The notes beneath the pieces were generated by a model that worked only from the letters and a program-made list of their open reading frames with translations, ran no database searches and was not told the DNA's origin. Positions 1 through 10,728 of a DNA stretch of 64,000 bases are shown here, in pieces. The stretch lies in contig JBDRCO010000094.1 of assembly GCA_043821645.1 (NCBI GenBank), positions 32,001-96,000 of the forward strand. Direction: 5' to 3'. Numbering within the stretch: position 1 is the first letter of the stretch; each line of letters begins with the position of its first letter. Position numbers and translations under genes: made by a program. Source of the stretch: Pseudomonadota bacterium (GTDB taxonomy: Bacteria > Myxococcota > JACRCW01 > JAFGSX01).

Positions 1-1736
1 TCCTTGTCCGCGTTGATCATGGATGCCAGTGCGCCGGTGGAGTGCACCAGGAGGCGGGCCGCCACGTTGCCCAGCAGGGGGTACAGGCTGCACGCCTCGT
101 CGGTGGCCGCGTGCTGGTAGTCGGGACGGCAGGCATCGTCGAGCAAGAAGCGTCCGGCATCGTAGTTGGGATCCAGGGGCAGCGGTGCGTCGAAGCTGCC
201 CAGGGTGTACCGCGTACCGTTCATGGTGAGGGTGCCGTGCATGCGGTTCTCGTCGTCATCGACCTTGCCGTTGGTGGCATCCAGGTCGGAGCCGGCCACG
301 CTCAGCGCGAAGGCATTGCCATCAACGGTGAGCATCAGGTCCACGTCGTCGAGCCGCACGGCCTCGACGCTGGCCGCCGAGCTCTTCTTGGCACAGGCGT
401 GCAGGGCCGTGTCCATGGCCACCACGACGCTGATCCGCCCCGACATCTTGCCCGAGCGCAGACGCAGCTCGTAAGGCAGGTCACTGCGCTGGATGCGGAA
501 GTCCGAGAAACGCAACTCCAGGCTCACCACGGAGGGTTGGCGGTGCTGTGGGATGATGGGTTTGTCACGGTTGCCGGTGTTCCAGCCCTCGACCTCCTTG
601 GAGCCAGTGGCGGACACCGAGCCTTCGACGATGTACTGCACGCCGTTGCAGGTCTCCTTGAGCACCGTAGGCTGGTCCCAGCTCAGGGTGCAGGGAGGCT
701 CGAGGGTGCGCCGCACGCGGCCGTCCTGGCGCCCGATCTCGCCACTGACCTGCTGGCCGTCGGTGGCCGGGGCGCTGGAGAAGCCGCAGCGGGTATCCTC
801 GTCGTACGCGTCGGCGAGGCGGCCAAAGGCGGCGATGGCCAGCCGCGCCAGGCCCTCGGCCAGGTCCTCGTCGAGGGACTGGCATTCGTAGCTCAGGGGC
901 TGGGCGAGGTCCTCCTTGCAGGCCATGGCGGCCTCGAAGGTGCTGCGCTTGTAGTCCGGATCCAGGCCGTCCGTGTCGTCGACGGTGGGGACCTGCACGA
1001 TGCTGTCCCACATCGTGAGCTGGCCCTTGAGATCGTTCTCGCGCGAGCCCCAGCGCCCGACCTGGGCGCCGAAGTCAGAGGTCGGCACCTCGGCAGGAAA
1101 CACGCCGTCGCCCGAGTCCACCTCGAGCACGCCGTTCTCGTACTGGATGTGCTCGAGGGTGAGGTCCGTGGTCGACACCGCGCACACACCCAGGCTGGCA
1201 CTCACCCCGAGGTGGGGCAGCGCGTGCACTCGCAACTTGCCGGCCTCCATGGTCAGGCCATTATCTGCGGCCGATGAGCGAACCTGGTAGCTGGCAAAGG
1301 CCAGGCTCAGCTCCATCTCGGCGGCGTCTGCCGCGCCGGGAATGACAGGCTTGGCCGGGTTGCCGGTGAGGTGCCCGCGAATGGTCTGGGTGCCGCTGAG
1401 GGTGACCTTGCCCGCGGCCTTGGTCTCGACCCCGTTGCAGTCCGTCGACACGGTGTGCAGATCACCGAAATCGAGCACGCAGTTGTCGATGCGCAGCGTC
1501 AGCGTCCCTTCGTGGCCCACCTCGCCGTCCAGCACGGCACTGCTGGCTGCAGCCTCGCTGGCGAAGCCGCAGCGCGTGTCCGCCGCCACCAGCGAGATGG
1601 CCGTGCCCACGTTTCGAACCGTGAGCCGGGCCACCCCCATGGCGACCGGTTCCGGGAACAGCTTCTCGCACTGGCAGGAGAACAGCGGGAGCACCGCCAG
1701 CAGCGCGCCTGCCCCGATCCCATCGCGATGTTTCAT
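1..1736 (-). CDS. Cys-rich putative lipoprotein with ~262-aa tandem repeats (3' end runs off the window; absent from the ORF track)
   Basis: Manual translation from ATG 1736 (MKHRDGIGAGALLAVLPLFSCQC, lipobox-like LFSC) is open to position 1. DTRCGF, CNGV, TGNxxKPxIP and LDPxY each recur in two units; a third unit starts near 62. Confidence 0.8.
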   Translation of the reverse strand, partial: MKHRDGIGAGALLAVLPLFSCQCEKLFPEPVAMGVARLTVRNVGTAISLVAADTRCGFASEAAASSAVLDGEVGHEGTLTLRIDNCVLDFGDLHTVSTDCNGVETKAAGKVTLSGTQTIRGHLTGNPAKPVIPGAADAAEMELSLAFASYQVRSSAADNGLTMEAGKLRVHALPHLGVSASLGVCAVSTTDLTLEHIQYENGVLEVDSGDGVFPAEVPTSDFGAQVGRWGSRENDLKGQLTMWDSIVQVPTVDDTDGLDPDYKRSTFEAAMACKEDLAQPLSYECQSLDEDLAEGLARLAIAAFGRLADAYDEDTRCGFSSAPATDGQQVSGEIGRQDGRVRRTLEPPCTLSWDQPTVLKETCNGVQYIVEGSVSATGSKEVEGWNTGNRDKPIIPQHRQPSVVSLELRFSDFRIQRSDLPYELRLRSGKMSGRISVVVAMDTALHACAKKSSAASVEAVRLDDVDLMLTVDGNAFALSVAGSDLDATNGKVDDDENRMHGTLTMNGTRYTLGSFDAPLPLDPNYDAGRFLLDDACRPDYQHAATDEACSLYPLLGNVAARLLVHSTGALASMINADK

Positions 1737-1870
1737 CGAATCCCCCGATACAGATCCGTTGCCACGCTAGCCCCAGAGACGCGGTTCAGCAACTGGCGCC
1801 AGGAAGGTCGCCGAAGAACGCTGGCGGGAGTCCCCGAGCTGGATGCGAGCGGAGTGGAAGGCCCTGCAGC

Positions 1871-2746
1871 TCAGCCGGCGAGCGCGGCCTTGAGCGTGTC
1901 GCCGAGGTCCGCCGGGGTTCTGGCGACCTTGACCCCACAGGCGGTCAGGGCCTGGATCTTCTCGCCAGCCGTGCCCTTGCCACCGGCGATGATGGCGCCG
2001 GCGTGACCCATGCGGCGGCCCGGAGGCGCGGTGGACCCCGCCACGAAGGCGGCCACGGGCTTGGTCATGTGATCGCGGACGTACTCGGCGGCCTTCTCCT
2101 CGGCACTGCCGCCGATCTCGCCGATCATCAGCACGGCGTCGGTGTCGGGGTCGGCCTGGAACAGGGTCAAGGCGTCGACGAAGTTGGTGCCGTTGACCGG
2201 GTCGCCGCCGATGCCGATGCAGGTGGACTGGCCGATGCCAAGAGCGGTGAGCTGGCCCACGGCCTCGTAGGTCAGGGTGCCCGAGCGCGACACCACGCCG
2301 ACGCGGCCCGGCTTGTGGATGGGGCCCGGCATGATGCCGATCTTGCACTCCCCGGGGGTGATGATGCCCGGACAGTTGGGACCGATGAGACGGGTCGGCG
2401 AGCCCTGCATGGCGCGCTTGACCCGCACCATGTCCAAAACGGGGATGCCCTCGGTGATGGCGACGACGAGGGGCAGGTCTGCCGCCACCGCCTCGAGGAT
2501 GGCGTCGGCGCAGAAGGCCGCCGGCACGAAGATCACGGCCACGTTGGCGCCGGTCTGCTTGACGGCGTCGGCCACGGTGTCGAACACCGGCACCTTGTCG
2601 TCGAACTTCTGGCCGCCCTTGCCCGGGGTCACGCCGGCCACGACCTGGGTGCCATATTCGATCATCTGCCGTGCGTGGAAGGCGCCGGCCTCGCCGGTGA
2701 TGCCCTGGACCAGCAGCTTGGTCTGCTTGTTGACGAGAATGCTCAT
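1871..2746 (-). CDS. sucD: Succinyl-CoA synthetase alpha subunit
   Basis: [33 protein letters not shown] and the phospho-His motif RMGHAGA. Confidence 0.98.
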   Translation of the reverse strand: MSILVNKQTKLLVQGITGEAGAFHARQMIEYGTQVVAGVTPGKGGQKFDDKVPVFDTVADAVKQTGANVAVIFVPAAFCADAILEAVAADLPLVVAITEGIPVLDMVRVKRAMQGSPTRLIGPNCPGIITPGECKIGIMPGPIHKPGRVGVVSRSGTLTYEAVGQLTALGIGQSTCIGIGGDPVNGTNFVDALTLFQADPDTDAVLMIGEIGGSAEEKAAEYVRDHMTKPVAAFVAGSTAPPGRRMGHAGAIIAGGKGTAGEKIQALTACGVKVARTPADLGDTLKAALAG

Positions 2747-2797
2747 GATGTGCTCCTGCGGCTCACAGCCCGGATGCGGTTGGGTTGAAGACGGCGA

Positions 2798-3958
<1,161 letters not shown>

Positions 3959-4043
3959 GTGCTGGATCCGCTTTTTGTCCCGGTCGGCCGGGAGGGTTGA
4001 TCCAAGGACCCGCAGGCGGCCCACCTCGCTGCCATGGCGTCGC

Positions 4044-4072
4044 GTGATAGCGCAGTGCGCAACGAACTTCAA
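4044..4072 (-). promoter_or_regulatory. Putative sigma70-type promoter of sucCD
   Basis: Minus strand TTGAAG-N17-TATCAC, about 85 nt upstream of the sucC start. Confidence 0.45.
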
Positions 4073-4140
4073 GGCGCGAGTCCGCTGAGAAAACCGAGCG
4101 ATGTCTGACTCAAGCGGACTGAATCCTGACGCAGAGGAGA

Positions 4141-4267
4141 TTCGATGGTTTTTATCGCTATAAACTTTTTTTATCGAAATTTTATATACAGGAGGGGTCG
4201 CAAAAACCGCTGACTCAATGCGTCAATAAATTAATACTTGCGCCGAGTTACGCGATCGCTGTAAAAC
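4141..4267. promoter_or_regulatory. AT-rich divergent regulatory region with dyad motifs and a putative promoter for the 4296 gene
   Basis: Strongly AT-rich against the GC-rich background. CGAT-N7-ATCG (4143-4157), repeated TTTTTATCG, TGAC-N7-GTCA (4211-4225), TTGCGC-N18-TAAAAC (4238-4267). Confidence 0.45.
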
Positions 4268-4295
4268 CAGGCTCGCTTTTTGGCCGGGGGAGATC

Positions 4296-4631
4296 ATGTC
4301 CGCTGCACTGCTTGAAATCGAGCCGCAAACCCAGCGCCGCGACCACACCGTGGCATTCCTGCGCAGCGTGCGCTCGGGCGAGGCTTCGCCAGGTGCGCAC
4401 GCGGACCAGCTCGGCACGCGGCATGTCGAAAACGACCACGTGCAGGTCTGGTCCACGCTGCAGGACGAGGCCCTGCGCGCGCACGCCGCCTTTGTCTCCG
4501 CAGCGCGTGGCGCAGCACTGGCCCGCCATCGCGGCGAGGACCTGCGCGCCGAATCCCTGACCCGCCTGGCGCGCAAGCAGCACCAGCGCTGGATCCATGC
4601 CAGCCGCGTGATGGCCCTGTACGAGCACTGA
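4296..4631 (+). CDS. Hypothetical protein (111 aa)
   Basis: GGGGAG SD before the ATG, fills the gap before pstS, plausible helical composition; no family recognised. Confidence 0.55.
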   Translation: MSAALLEIEPQTQRRDHTVAFLRSVRSGEASPGAHADQLGTRHVENDHVQVWSTLQDEALRAHAAFVSAARGAALARHRGEDLRAESLTRLARKQHQRWIHASRVMALYEH

Positions 4632-4773
4632 GTCTCCCGTCATTCCTTCGATGGTCCGCAATACCGAGAGCCAACCGACCTCGTGAGCCCTGTTTCCCGC
4701 TGCCAAACCTGAGCCCATTGCACGCGCCGCACACGTGACGTATGGGTACGCAGGGTGCTGATGAGGAAGGCAC

Positions 4774-5985
4774 ATGGTCCTGGGTGCACGTCACAACTGG
4801 CCTCTTCTTGCCGCGGCTTGCCTGCTGCTGCAGTCGTGTGAGGAGGACCCGGGCACCGGCGAGGTGAGCAAGCAACCCGAGAGGATCCGCTCCACCGTGG
4901 TGGTGCTGCGCGGAGCTGGCGCCACCTTTCCCAAGCCCATCTACACCAAGTGGGGCCTGACCTACTTCGAGCTGAAGCGCGTCAAGCTGGATTACCAGGC
5001 ACTGGGTTCGGATGCCGGGGTCAAGGCCATCAGCGAGGGCCACGTGGACTTCGGAGCCTCGGACATCCCGCTGGCGGTGGCGGATCTCGAGAGGCTTGGC
5101 CTGCTGCAGTTCCCCATGATCGCTGGCGCGATCGTCCCGGTGGTGCACCTGCCTGGCATCGCGTCAGGCCAGCTCCTGCTCACCGCGGAACTCATCGCAC
5201 AGATTTACCTGGGCAAGATCCGGCGCTGGAACGATCCGGCCCTGGTCCAGGCCAATCCGAGCCTGGTCCTGCCAGACCAGGACATCATCGCGGTGTTTCG
5301 CGCCGACGCCTCGGGCTCGACCTGGTTGCTGTCCAGCCTGCTCACCGAGCTTTCACCCCAGTGGAAAGCCTCGATGGGTGTGGGCTCGACCCTGAACTGG
5401 CCCACCGGCGTGGGCGCCCAGGGCAGCGAGCAGATGGCCAGGTTCATCCATCGCTTCGACTACACCATTGGCTACGTGCAGCTGTCGCTGGCCAAGGCCG
5501 AGGGTCTGAGCTGGACCCGCATGAAGAATCGCCGCGGCGCCGTGGTGGAGCCTGAGGACAGGGCGGTGCAGGTGGCCGCGATGCACGCCATCACCACCTC
5601 GAGCGAGCGACTTCGCGTGGCACCGGTCGAACAACTCGACGCCCAGGCCTGGCCCCTGACCACCGCGTCCTACCTGCTAATCCGGCGCGAGGTACGCAAT
5701 CCGGATCGCGCGCGCCGCATGCTGGAGTTTTTTGCCTGGTGCCTGGACGAGGGTCGGCCCCTGGCCCAGGCGCTGCACTACGTCGCCGTGCCCGAGCCTC
5801 TGGTCGCGGCGACGCAGCGGCTGTGGGGCGAGTACCTGCGCGCCGACGGTGAGGCCCTGTGGCCTCCACCTTTGGCGGCGTCCCGGCCCGGGCCAAGCTC
5901 GCAGCCTGCCGCCGCGGCGCAGGAGAGTGGTCCTTCGCCTGACGAGATCGAGGATGCAGCGACCCCGGGGGACCGCGGGCGCTGA
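4774..5985 (+). CDS. pstS: Phosphate ABC transporter substrate-binding lipoprotein PstS
   Basis: GAGATFPKPIY, DFGASD, RADASGST, IGYVQLS; lipoprotein-like signal; Pro/Ala-rich tail. Confidence 0.9.
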   Translation: MVLGARHNWPLLAAACLLLQSCEEDPGTGEVSKQPERIRSTVVVLRGAGATFPKPIYTKWGLTYFELKRVKLDYQALGSDAGVKAISEGHVDFGASDIPLAVADLERLGLLQFPMIAGAIVPVVHLPGIASGQLLLTAELIAQIYLGKIRRWNDPALVQANPSLVLPDQDIIAVFRADASGSTWLLSSLLTELSPQWKASMGVGSTLNWPTGVGAQGSEQMARFIHRFDYTIGYVQLSLAKAEGLSWTRMKNRRGAVVEPEDRAVQVAAMHAITTSSERLRVAPVEQLDAQAWPLTTASYLLIRREVRNPDRARRMLEFFAWCLDEGRPLAQALHYVAVPEPLVAATQRLWGEYLRADGEALWPPPLAASRPGPSSQPAAAAQESGPSPDEIEDAATPGDRGR

Positions 5986-6016
5986 GTGTGGGTTCGGCGC
6001 GTGAAGGAGTGTGATC

Positions 6017-6661
6017 ATGATGCTGCCCTTTACCCGGACACGAGAGCTCGAGAGCCAGATCGATGAGTTCCTCGACATCGTGATCAAGGGAGTGCTGGCG
6101 CAGAAGCAGGCCATCACCTGCTACCTCAAGTGCGACCTTGAAGAGTTTGCCACGCACGTCAGCGTGGTGAGCAAGTTGGAGAACCAGGCCGACGACATCC
6201 GCAAGCGCACCGAGACCACCCTGTACGCCCAGGCGCTGATCCCGGAGTCCCGGGGCGACGTGCTGGCTCTGCTCGAGAACACCGACAACGTCATCGACAC
6301 CGCCAAGAAGGTGCTGCAGCGCTTCGAGGTCGAGCGGCCAGTCATCCCTGCCGAATACCACGACACGATTCTGATGCTCGTCGATAGCTGCGCCCACGCC
6401 GTCGACAACCTGGTCGGAGCCGCCCGCGCCTTCTTCCGCGACACCGGCGCGGTGCGCGACTACATCAACAAGGTCGACTACTACGAGAAGGAAGCGGACC
6501 GCGCGGGCCTCAAGCTCAAGCGACAGATCTTCGGCTCGAACATCGAGCTGTACAGCAAGATGCACCTGCGTTTCTTCGTCGATCAGATCGAGTCCTTGTC
6601 GGACATCGCCGAGAACGTGGCCGAGCGCCTGGCCATCGCCAGCATCAAGCGCTCGCTGTGA
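6017..6661 (+). CDS. DUF47 / PhoU-like phosphate transport accessory protein
   Basis: Paired helical motifs LENQADDIR and YEKEADR, SDIAENVAERL; directly upstream of a PiT gene, the usual context. Start may be 6011-6020. Confidence 0.9.
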   Translation: MMLPFTRTRELESQIDEFLDIVIKGVLAQKQAITCYLKCDLEEFATHVSVVSKLENQADDIRKRTETTLYAQALIPESRGDVLALLENTDNVIDTAKKVLQRFEVERPVIPAEYHDTILMLVDSCAHAVDNLVGAARAFFRDTGAVRDYINKVDYYEKEADRAGLKLKRQIFGSNIELYSKMHLRFFVDQIESLSDIAENVAERLAIASIKRSL

Positions 6662-6674
6662 GGACGACCCCGCG

Positions 6675-8171
6675 ATGTTCTTTTTCTTCATCCTGAGCGG
6701 GCTGTTTTTGGGCTGGTCCCTGGGTGCCAATGATGCGGCCAACGTCTACGGCACGGCCGTGGGCACCCGCATGATCAAGTTCCGCACCGCCGCTACTGTG
6801 TGCAGCATCTTCCTCATCCTGGGAGCCGTGCAAGGCGGCGCAGGCGCAGCCCACACCCTGGGCAAGCTCGGCTCAGTCAACCAGCTCGCCGGTGCGTTCA
6901 CGGTGGCCCTCGCCGCGGCCATCACCGTGGCCTGGATGACCAAGCTCAAGCTCCCGGTGTCGACGTCACAGGCCATCGTCGGCGCCATCATTGGCTGGAA
7001 CCTGTTCGCCGGTGCCCAGACCGACGTCGGCTCGCTGACCAAGATCGTCAGCTCGTGGGTGATCTGCCCGCTGCTGTCGGCGGTGTTCGCGATCCTGCTG
7101 TTCGAGGTGGCCGAGGTGGGTCTGCGCCACCTCAAGGTACACCTGTTTCACATCGACGCCTGGACCCGCTGGGGCCTGTTCGTCGTCGGAGCCTTTGCCT
7201 CGTACAGCCTGGGCGCCAACAACATCGCCAACGTGATGGGTGTGTTCGTCAATTCCACGCCCTTCGGCCCCATCAGCTTTTACGGACTGCTCACCCTGAG
7301 CCCCGCGCAGCAGCTCTTTGCACTGGGCGGCGTGGCCATCGCGGTCGGAGTGTTCACCTACTCCAAGAAAGTCATGCTGACCGTGGGCAACGATCTGTTT
7401 CGCATGTCGCCCATCGCCGCCCTGGTCGTGGTCCTGGCCCAGGCCATCGTGCTGTTCCTGTTCGCCAGCGAGGATCTCGAGGCCTGGCTGATCAACCACG
7501 GTCTGCCCTCGGTGCCCCTGGTGCCGGTGTCGAGCTCGCAGGCAGTCATCGGCGCGGTCATCGGCATCGGCATCGCCAAGGGCGGGCGCAACATCCGCTT
7601 CCGGGTGCTGGGCCGCATCGCCGTGGGCTGGGTGACGACGCCGGTGATCTCGGGCTTCATCGGACTCGTGCTACTGTTCATCGTGCAAAACGTGTTCTCG
7701 CAGCACGTACACACACCGGTGCCGCACCTGCTCGACGTCGAGGTGGTGGTCAAGCTCAAGGACAAGGACCTGTACAGCGACGCCCTCGAGGACCTGCTCG
7801 GACGCCGCTTCGAGACCGCGGCGAGCTTGCGCCGGGAACTGGCAGTGCGCCTGCCCGAGGACCCGCGGCGAGGTGAGATCCTCAAGTACACCGAGGTCGC
7901 CAGCCTGACCGTCGACATCGAGAAGCTGGCGCCCCTGGACGACGGGCAGTGGTTCAGCGAGGAGCAGCTACGCACGGTGTTCCGGCTGCACGGCCGCACC
8001 TACATGCACCCGTGGCAGCTCCGCGACGCCCTGGCCGAGCGCTCCACCGAATGGCGGCTGCTCGCGGACACCAAGCGCAACAAGCGCTTCAACAAGGAAC
8101 TCAAGGCCAAGCTCGACTACCTGGCCCAGGTGTTTGCGGCCGAACCGCCAAAGTCCCCGTCCTCACGATAG
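6675..8171 (+). CDS. PiT-family inorganic phosphate transporter with C-terminal soluble extension
   Basis: Signature motifs GANDAAN and GANNIAN, PVSTSQAIVG and PVSSSQAVIG; multiple TM segments. Confidence 0.93.
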   Translation: MFFFFILSGLFLGWSLGANDAANVYGTAVGTRMIKFRTAATVCSIFLILGAVQGGAGAAHTLGKLGSVNQLAGAFTVALAAAITVAWMTKLKLPVSTSQAIVGAIIGWNLFAGAQTDVGSLTKIVSSWVICPLLSAVFAILLFEVAEVGLRHLKVHLFHIDAWTRWGLFVVGAFASYSLGANNIANVMGVFVNSTPFGPISFYGLLTLSPAQQLFALGGVAIAVGVFTYSKKVMLTVGNDLFRMSPIAALVVVLAQAIVLFLFASEDLEAWLINHGLPSVPLVPVSSSQAVIGAVIGIGIAKGGRNIRFRVLGRIAVGWVTTPVISGFIGLVLLFIVQNVFSQHVHTPVPHLLDVEVVVKLKDKDLYSDALEDLLGRRFETAASLRRELAVRLPEDPRRGEILKYTEVASLTVDIEKLAPLDDGQWFSEEQLRTVFRLHGRTYMHPWQLRDALAERSTEWRLLADTKRNKRFNKELKAKLDYLAQVFAAEPPKSPSSR

Positions 8172-8235
8172 ATCTTGGAACGTGCCGGGCGTGGCCAGAG
8201 GTCCGACCAAAGCCCGACAGCGTGAGGTTCCCGCC

Positions 8236-9528
8236 ATGACGACCACGCGACGGCTCTCGCGCTCGACCACCCGGCAGCCCCGGCGGGTGGACTCGCCCTC
8301 TAAACCCCCGACCGGGCCGGTGACGGGAAGCGGGTCCTCGATCACGCCGACCACGATCGAGAGCCCGAACCTGGGTCCGGCCGACGGCAGCAGCGGCCGC
8401 TTCGTCGAGGCCGAGCGCGAGCGCGGGGGACAGCCCAGGACCAGCACCCCCCATCACTCCAGCACGACCGTGGGCGGCCTGGACGAGGATCCCCTGCGCA
8501 CCCGGGCCGAGCAGACCCTGGCCCTGTACGCGCCTGGCGCTGCGGCCCAGCCCCGGGCTGCCCAGCGCGTGCTGTTCTGGGTTGGCGAGCTGCACACCGC
8601 GCTGTCGACGGCGGCGAGCCAGCCTGACCTGGCCAAGGGTGCCATGCACCGCGACATGCGCACCGCGGCGTTCATGCTCGAGGCCAGCCTGCGTCTGTAC
8701 CGCGACAAGTACGGCAAGCCCCTGGACGAGGCGCGCAAGGACGTCAAGAAGCTCGAGGACCTGCTGGGCGCCCTGGGTCACGCCCAGGACATGCAGAAGG
8801 CCGGCGTCGGCTGTTCCGAGCTCCCCGCCGAGGCCAGGGCCTACCTGGACAGGCAGGTGGCCAAGGAAACCGAGAAGCTGCTCGAGCTGCTGGGCTCGGG
8901 CTGGCTCCCGGGCGCACAGGGCACGGTGCCCGTGCTCGACGACGTCGTGGAGACGGTGCTGCACACCGACTGGAAGAAGGGCGATGGCGATCGCAAGGCC
9001 ATCCGCAAGGCCCTGGGCCGCCAGCTCGACGAGGTGGCCGCGGGGGGCCTCGACATGAACGAGCTGCAAGAAGGCCTGCACGAGCTGCGGCGGCAACTGC
9101 GCTGGGTCCCGATCTACGGCATGGCGCTCAAAGGCGCGGTGGTGCTCGACGACACGCTGCTCCCCGAACCGCGCTACGCTGCCCTGCGCGACGACCCGGT
9201 GGCCAGCTCGCCCTTTGCTGCGCTGCCCACCTCGGCCCAGGACAAGCATCCGCTGCGGCTGTCGCGCACCGTGTTCCTGCGCAGCACCCAGCTCATCGAC
9301 GAACTCGGCACGATCAAGGACCAGGGCGAGTCCATCGAGGGCCTCGCCAAGGCCCTGCGCAAGGCCGATGTGGTCGAGGGGCTCGAGGCCTCGGAGCAGG
9401 AGGCGGCGCGCCTGCTCGGGCTGGACCCTCACGCCATGGACGCCGTCAAGGCCCGGGCGACCCTGCTCTACCCCGAGGTGCGCCGGGTCGCCGAGCTGTT
9501 TGCCGCGGATCTGCGCGCGCAGGACTGA
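8236..9528 (+). CDS. CHAD-domain-like (polyphosphate-binding) protein with disordered N-terminus
   Basis: MHRDMRTAAFMLEASLRLY, KKLEDLLGALGHAQD, LHELRRQLRW, LIDELGTIKD resemble the duplicated CHAD helical motifs. ATG 8236 follows GAGG. Confidence 0.65.
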   Translation: MTTTRRLSRSTTRQPRRVDSPSKPPTGPVTGSGSSITPTTIESPNLGPADGSSGRFVEAERERGGQPRTSTPHHSSTTVGGLDEDPLRTRAEQTLALYAPGAAAQPRAAQRVLFWVGELHTALSTAASQPDLAKGAMHRDMRTAAFMLEASLRLYRDKYGKPLDEARKDVKKLEDLLGALGHAQDMQKAGVGCSELPAEARAYLDRQVAKETEKLLELLGSGWLPGAQGTVPVLDDVVETVLHTDWKKGDGDRKAIRKALGRQLDEVAAGGLDMNELQEGLHELRRQLRWVPIYGMALKGAVVLDDTLLPEPRYAALRDDPVASSPFAALPTSAQDKHPLRLSRTVFLRSTQLIDELGTIKDQGESIEGLAKALRKADVVEGLEASEQEAARLLGLDPHAMDAVKARATLLYPEVRRVAELFAADLRAQD

Positions 9529-9586
9529 GTGTCCGAAACGTCGCCCCGCGGGTCGATGAGACGTCTCGACACCTCCCCGAAGTGCC

Positions 9587-10675
9587 TCAAGCTCGCCCAG
9601 CCGGCGCCTGTTCAAGCTGCTTGATGAGCTGCTCGAAATGTTCCTTGTCGTTGGCCTTGAGGTAGGCCTCCTCGGGGCGCACCTCGCCCTCGCGCACCAG
9701 GGTGAGCAGGGCGTCGTCCATGGTCTGCATGCCCTGAGCGCGGCTGGACTGGATCAGCGAGAACAGCTTGGAGGTGCTGCCCTCGCGGATGATGTTGGCC
9801 AGGGCCGGCACCCGCACCAGGATCTCGTTGGCCGCACGGCGTCCCCGCCCGTCGGCGGTGGGTAGCAGGAGCTGCGCCACGATGCCTGCCAGGGACTCGG
9901 ACAGGGATAGCCGGATCTGGTCCTGCTGCTCGGCCGGGAAGGCGTCGATGAGGCGATCGATGGTCTTGGCGGCGCTGTTGGTGTGCAGTGTGCCGAACAC
10001 CAGGGCTCCCATCTCTGCCGCGGTGATGGCCAGGGCAATGGTCTCGAGATCGCGCATCTCGCCGACCAGGATCACGTCGGCATCCTGGCGGATGGCCGCG
10101 CGCAGAGCTCCACCGAAACCGTCGGTCTGCGAACCCACCTCGCGCTGCGAGAACACGCAGGTCTTGTTCTGGTGCACGAACTCGACCGGGTCCTCGATGG
10201 TGACGACGTGCATCGCGTAGGTCTTGTTGATCTCGTCGATGATGGCCGCCAGGGTGGTGGACTTGCCCGAACCGGTGGGACCGGTGACCAGGACCAGTCC
10301 ACTGTGCAGGTGCGCGAAGCTCCGCACCACCGGCGGCAGCTTGAGCTCGTCGAGGGTCAGGATGCGCTCGGGGATGGTCCGGAAGACGGCGCCGGCGCCG
10401 TGCTCCTGCACGAAGTAGTTCGCGCGGAAGCGCGCCACGCCCGGCAGGCCATAGGCGAAGTCGAGATCCTGATCGGCCAGGTAGCTGGCCCACTGATCGG
10501 GGCGGGTGATCTCTGCCAGCAGCTCGCGCAGCCCCTTGTCGTCGAGCGTGGACCAGCCATCGACCACCTGCAGGGCTCCCTTTTGACGGATCCGGGGTGG
10601 ACTGCCCGCCGCCAGGTGCAGGTCCGAGCCACTGCTTTCCTTCATCCGGGTCAGAAGCTCATCCAGCCTCGCCAC
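9587..10675 (-). CDS. pilT: PilT/PilU-family type IV pilus retraction ATPase
   Basis: SDLHL, Walker A GPTGSGKSTT, TIEDPVE, ILVGEMRD, GTLHT. GTG start at 10675 (VARLDELL). Confidence 0.9.
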   Translation of the reverse strand: MARLDELLTRMKESSGSDLHLAAGSPPRIRQKGALQVVDGWSTLDDKGLRELLAEITRPDQWASYLADQDLDFAYGLPGVARFRANYFVQEHGAGAVFRTIPERILTLDELKLPPVVRSFAHLHSGLVLVTGPTGSGKSTTLAAIIDEINKTYAMHVVTIEDPVEFVHQNKTCVFSQREVGSQTDGFGGALRAAIRQDADVILVGEMRDLETIALAITAAEMGALVFGTLHTNSAAKTIDRLIDAFPAEQQDQIRLSLSESLAGIVAQLLLPTADGRGRRAANEILVRVPALANIIREGSTSKLFSLIQSSRAQGMQTMDDALLTLVREGEVRPEEAYLKANDKEHFEQLIKQLEQAPAGRA

Positions 10676-10728
10676 GGGTGCCTCGCTTTCTGGGGCAGCC
10701 TGTCGTCGGCCCCGCCCCGGTGGCGCAC

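Noticed and set aside
42-1277. 411-aa plus-strand ORF
   Set aside because: Antisense shadow of the minus-strand repeat lipoprotein.
4632-4773. Pho box upstream of pstS
   Set aside because: No CTGTCAT-type 11-bp direct repeats could be found.
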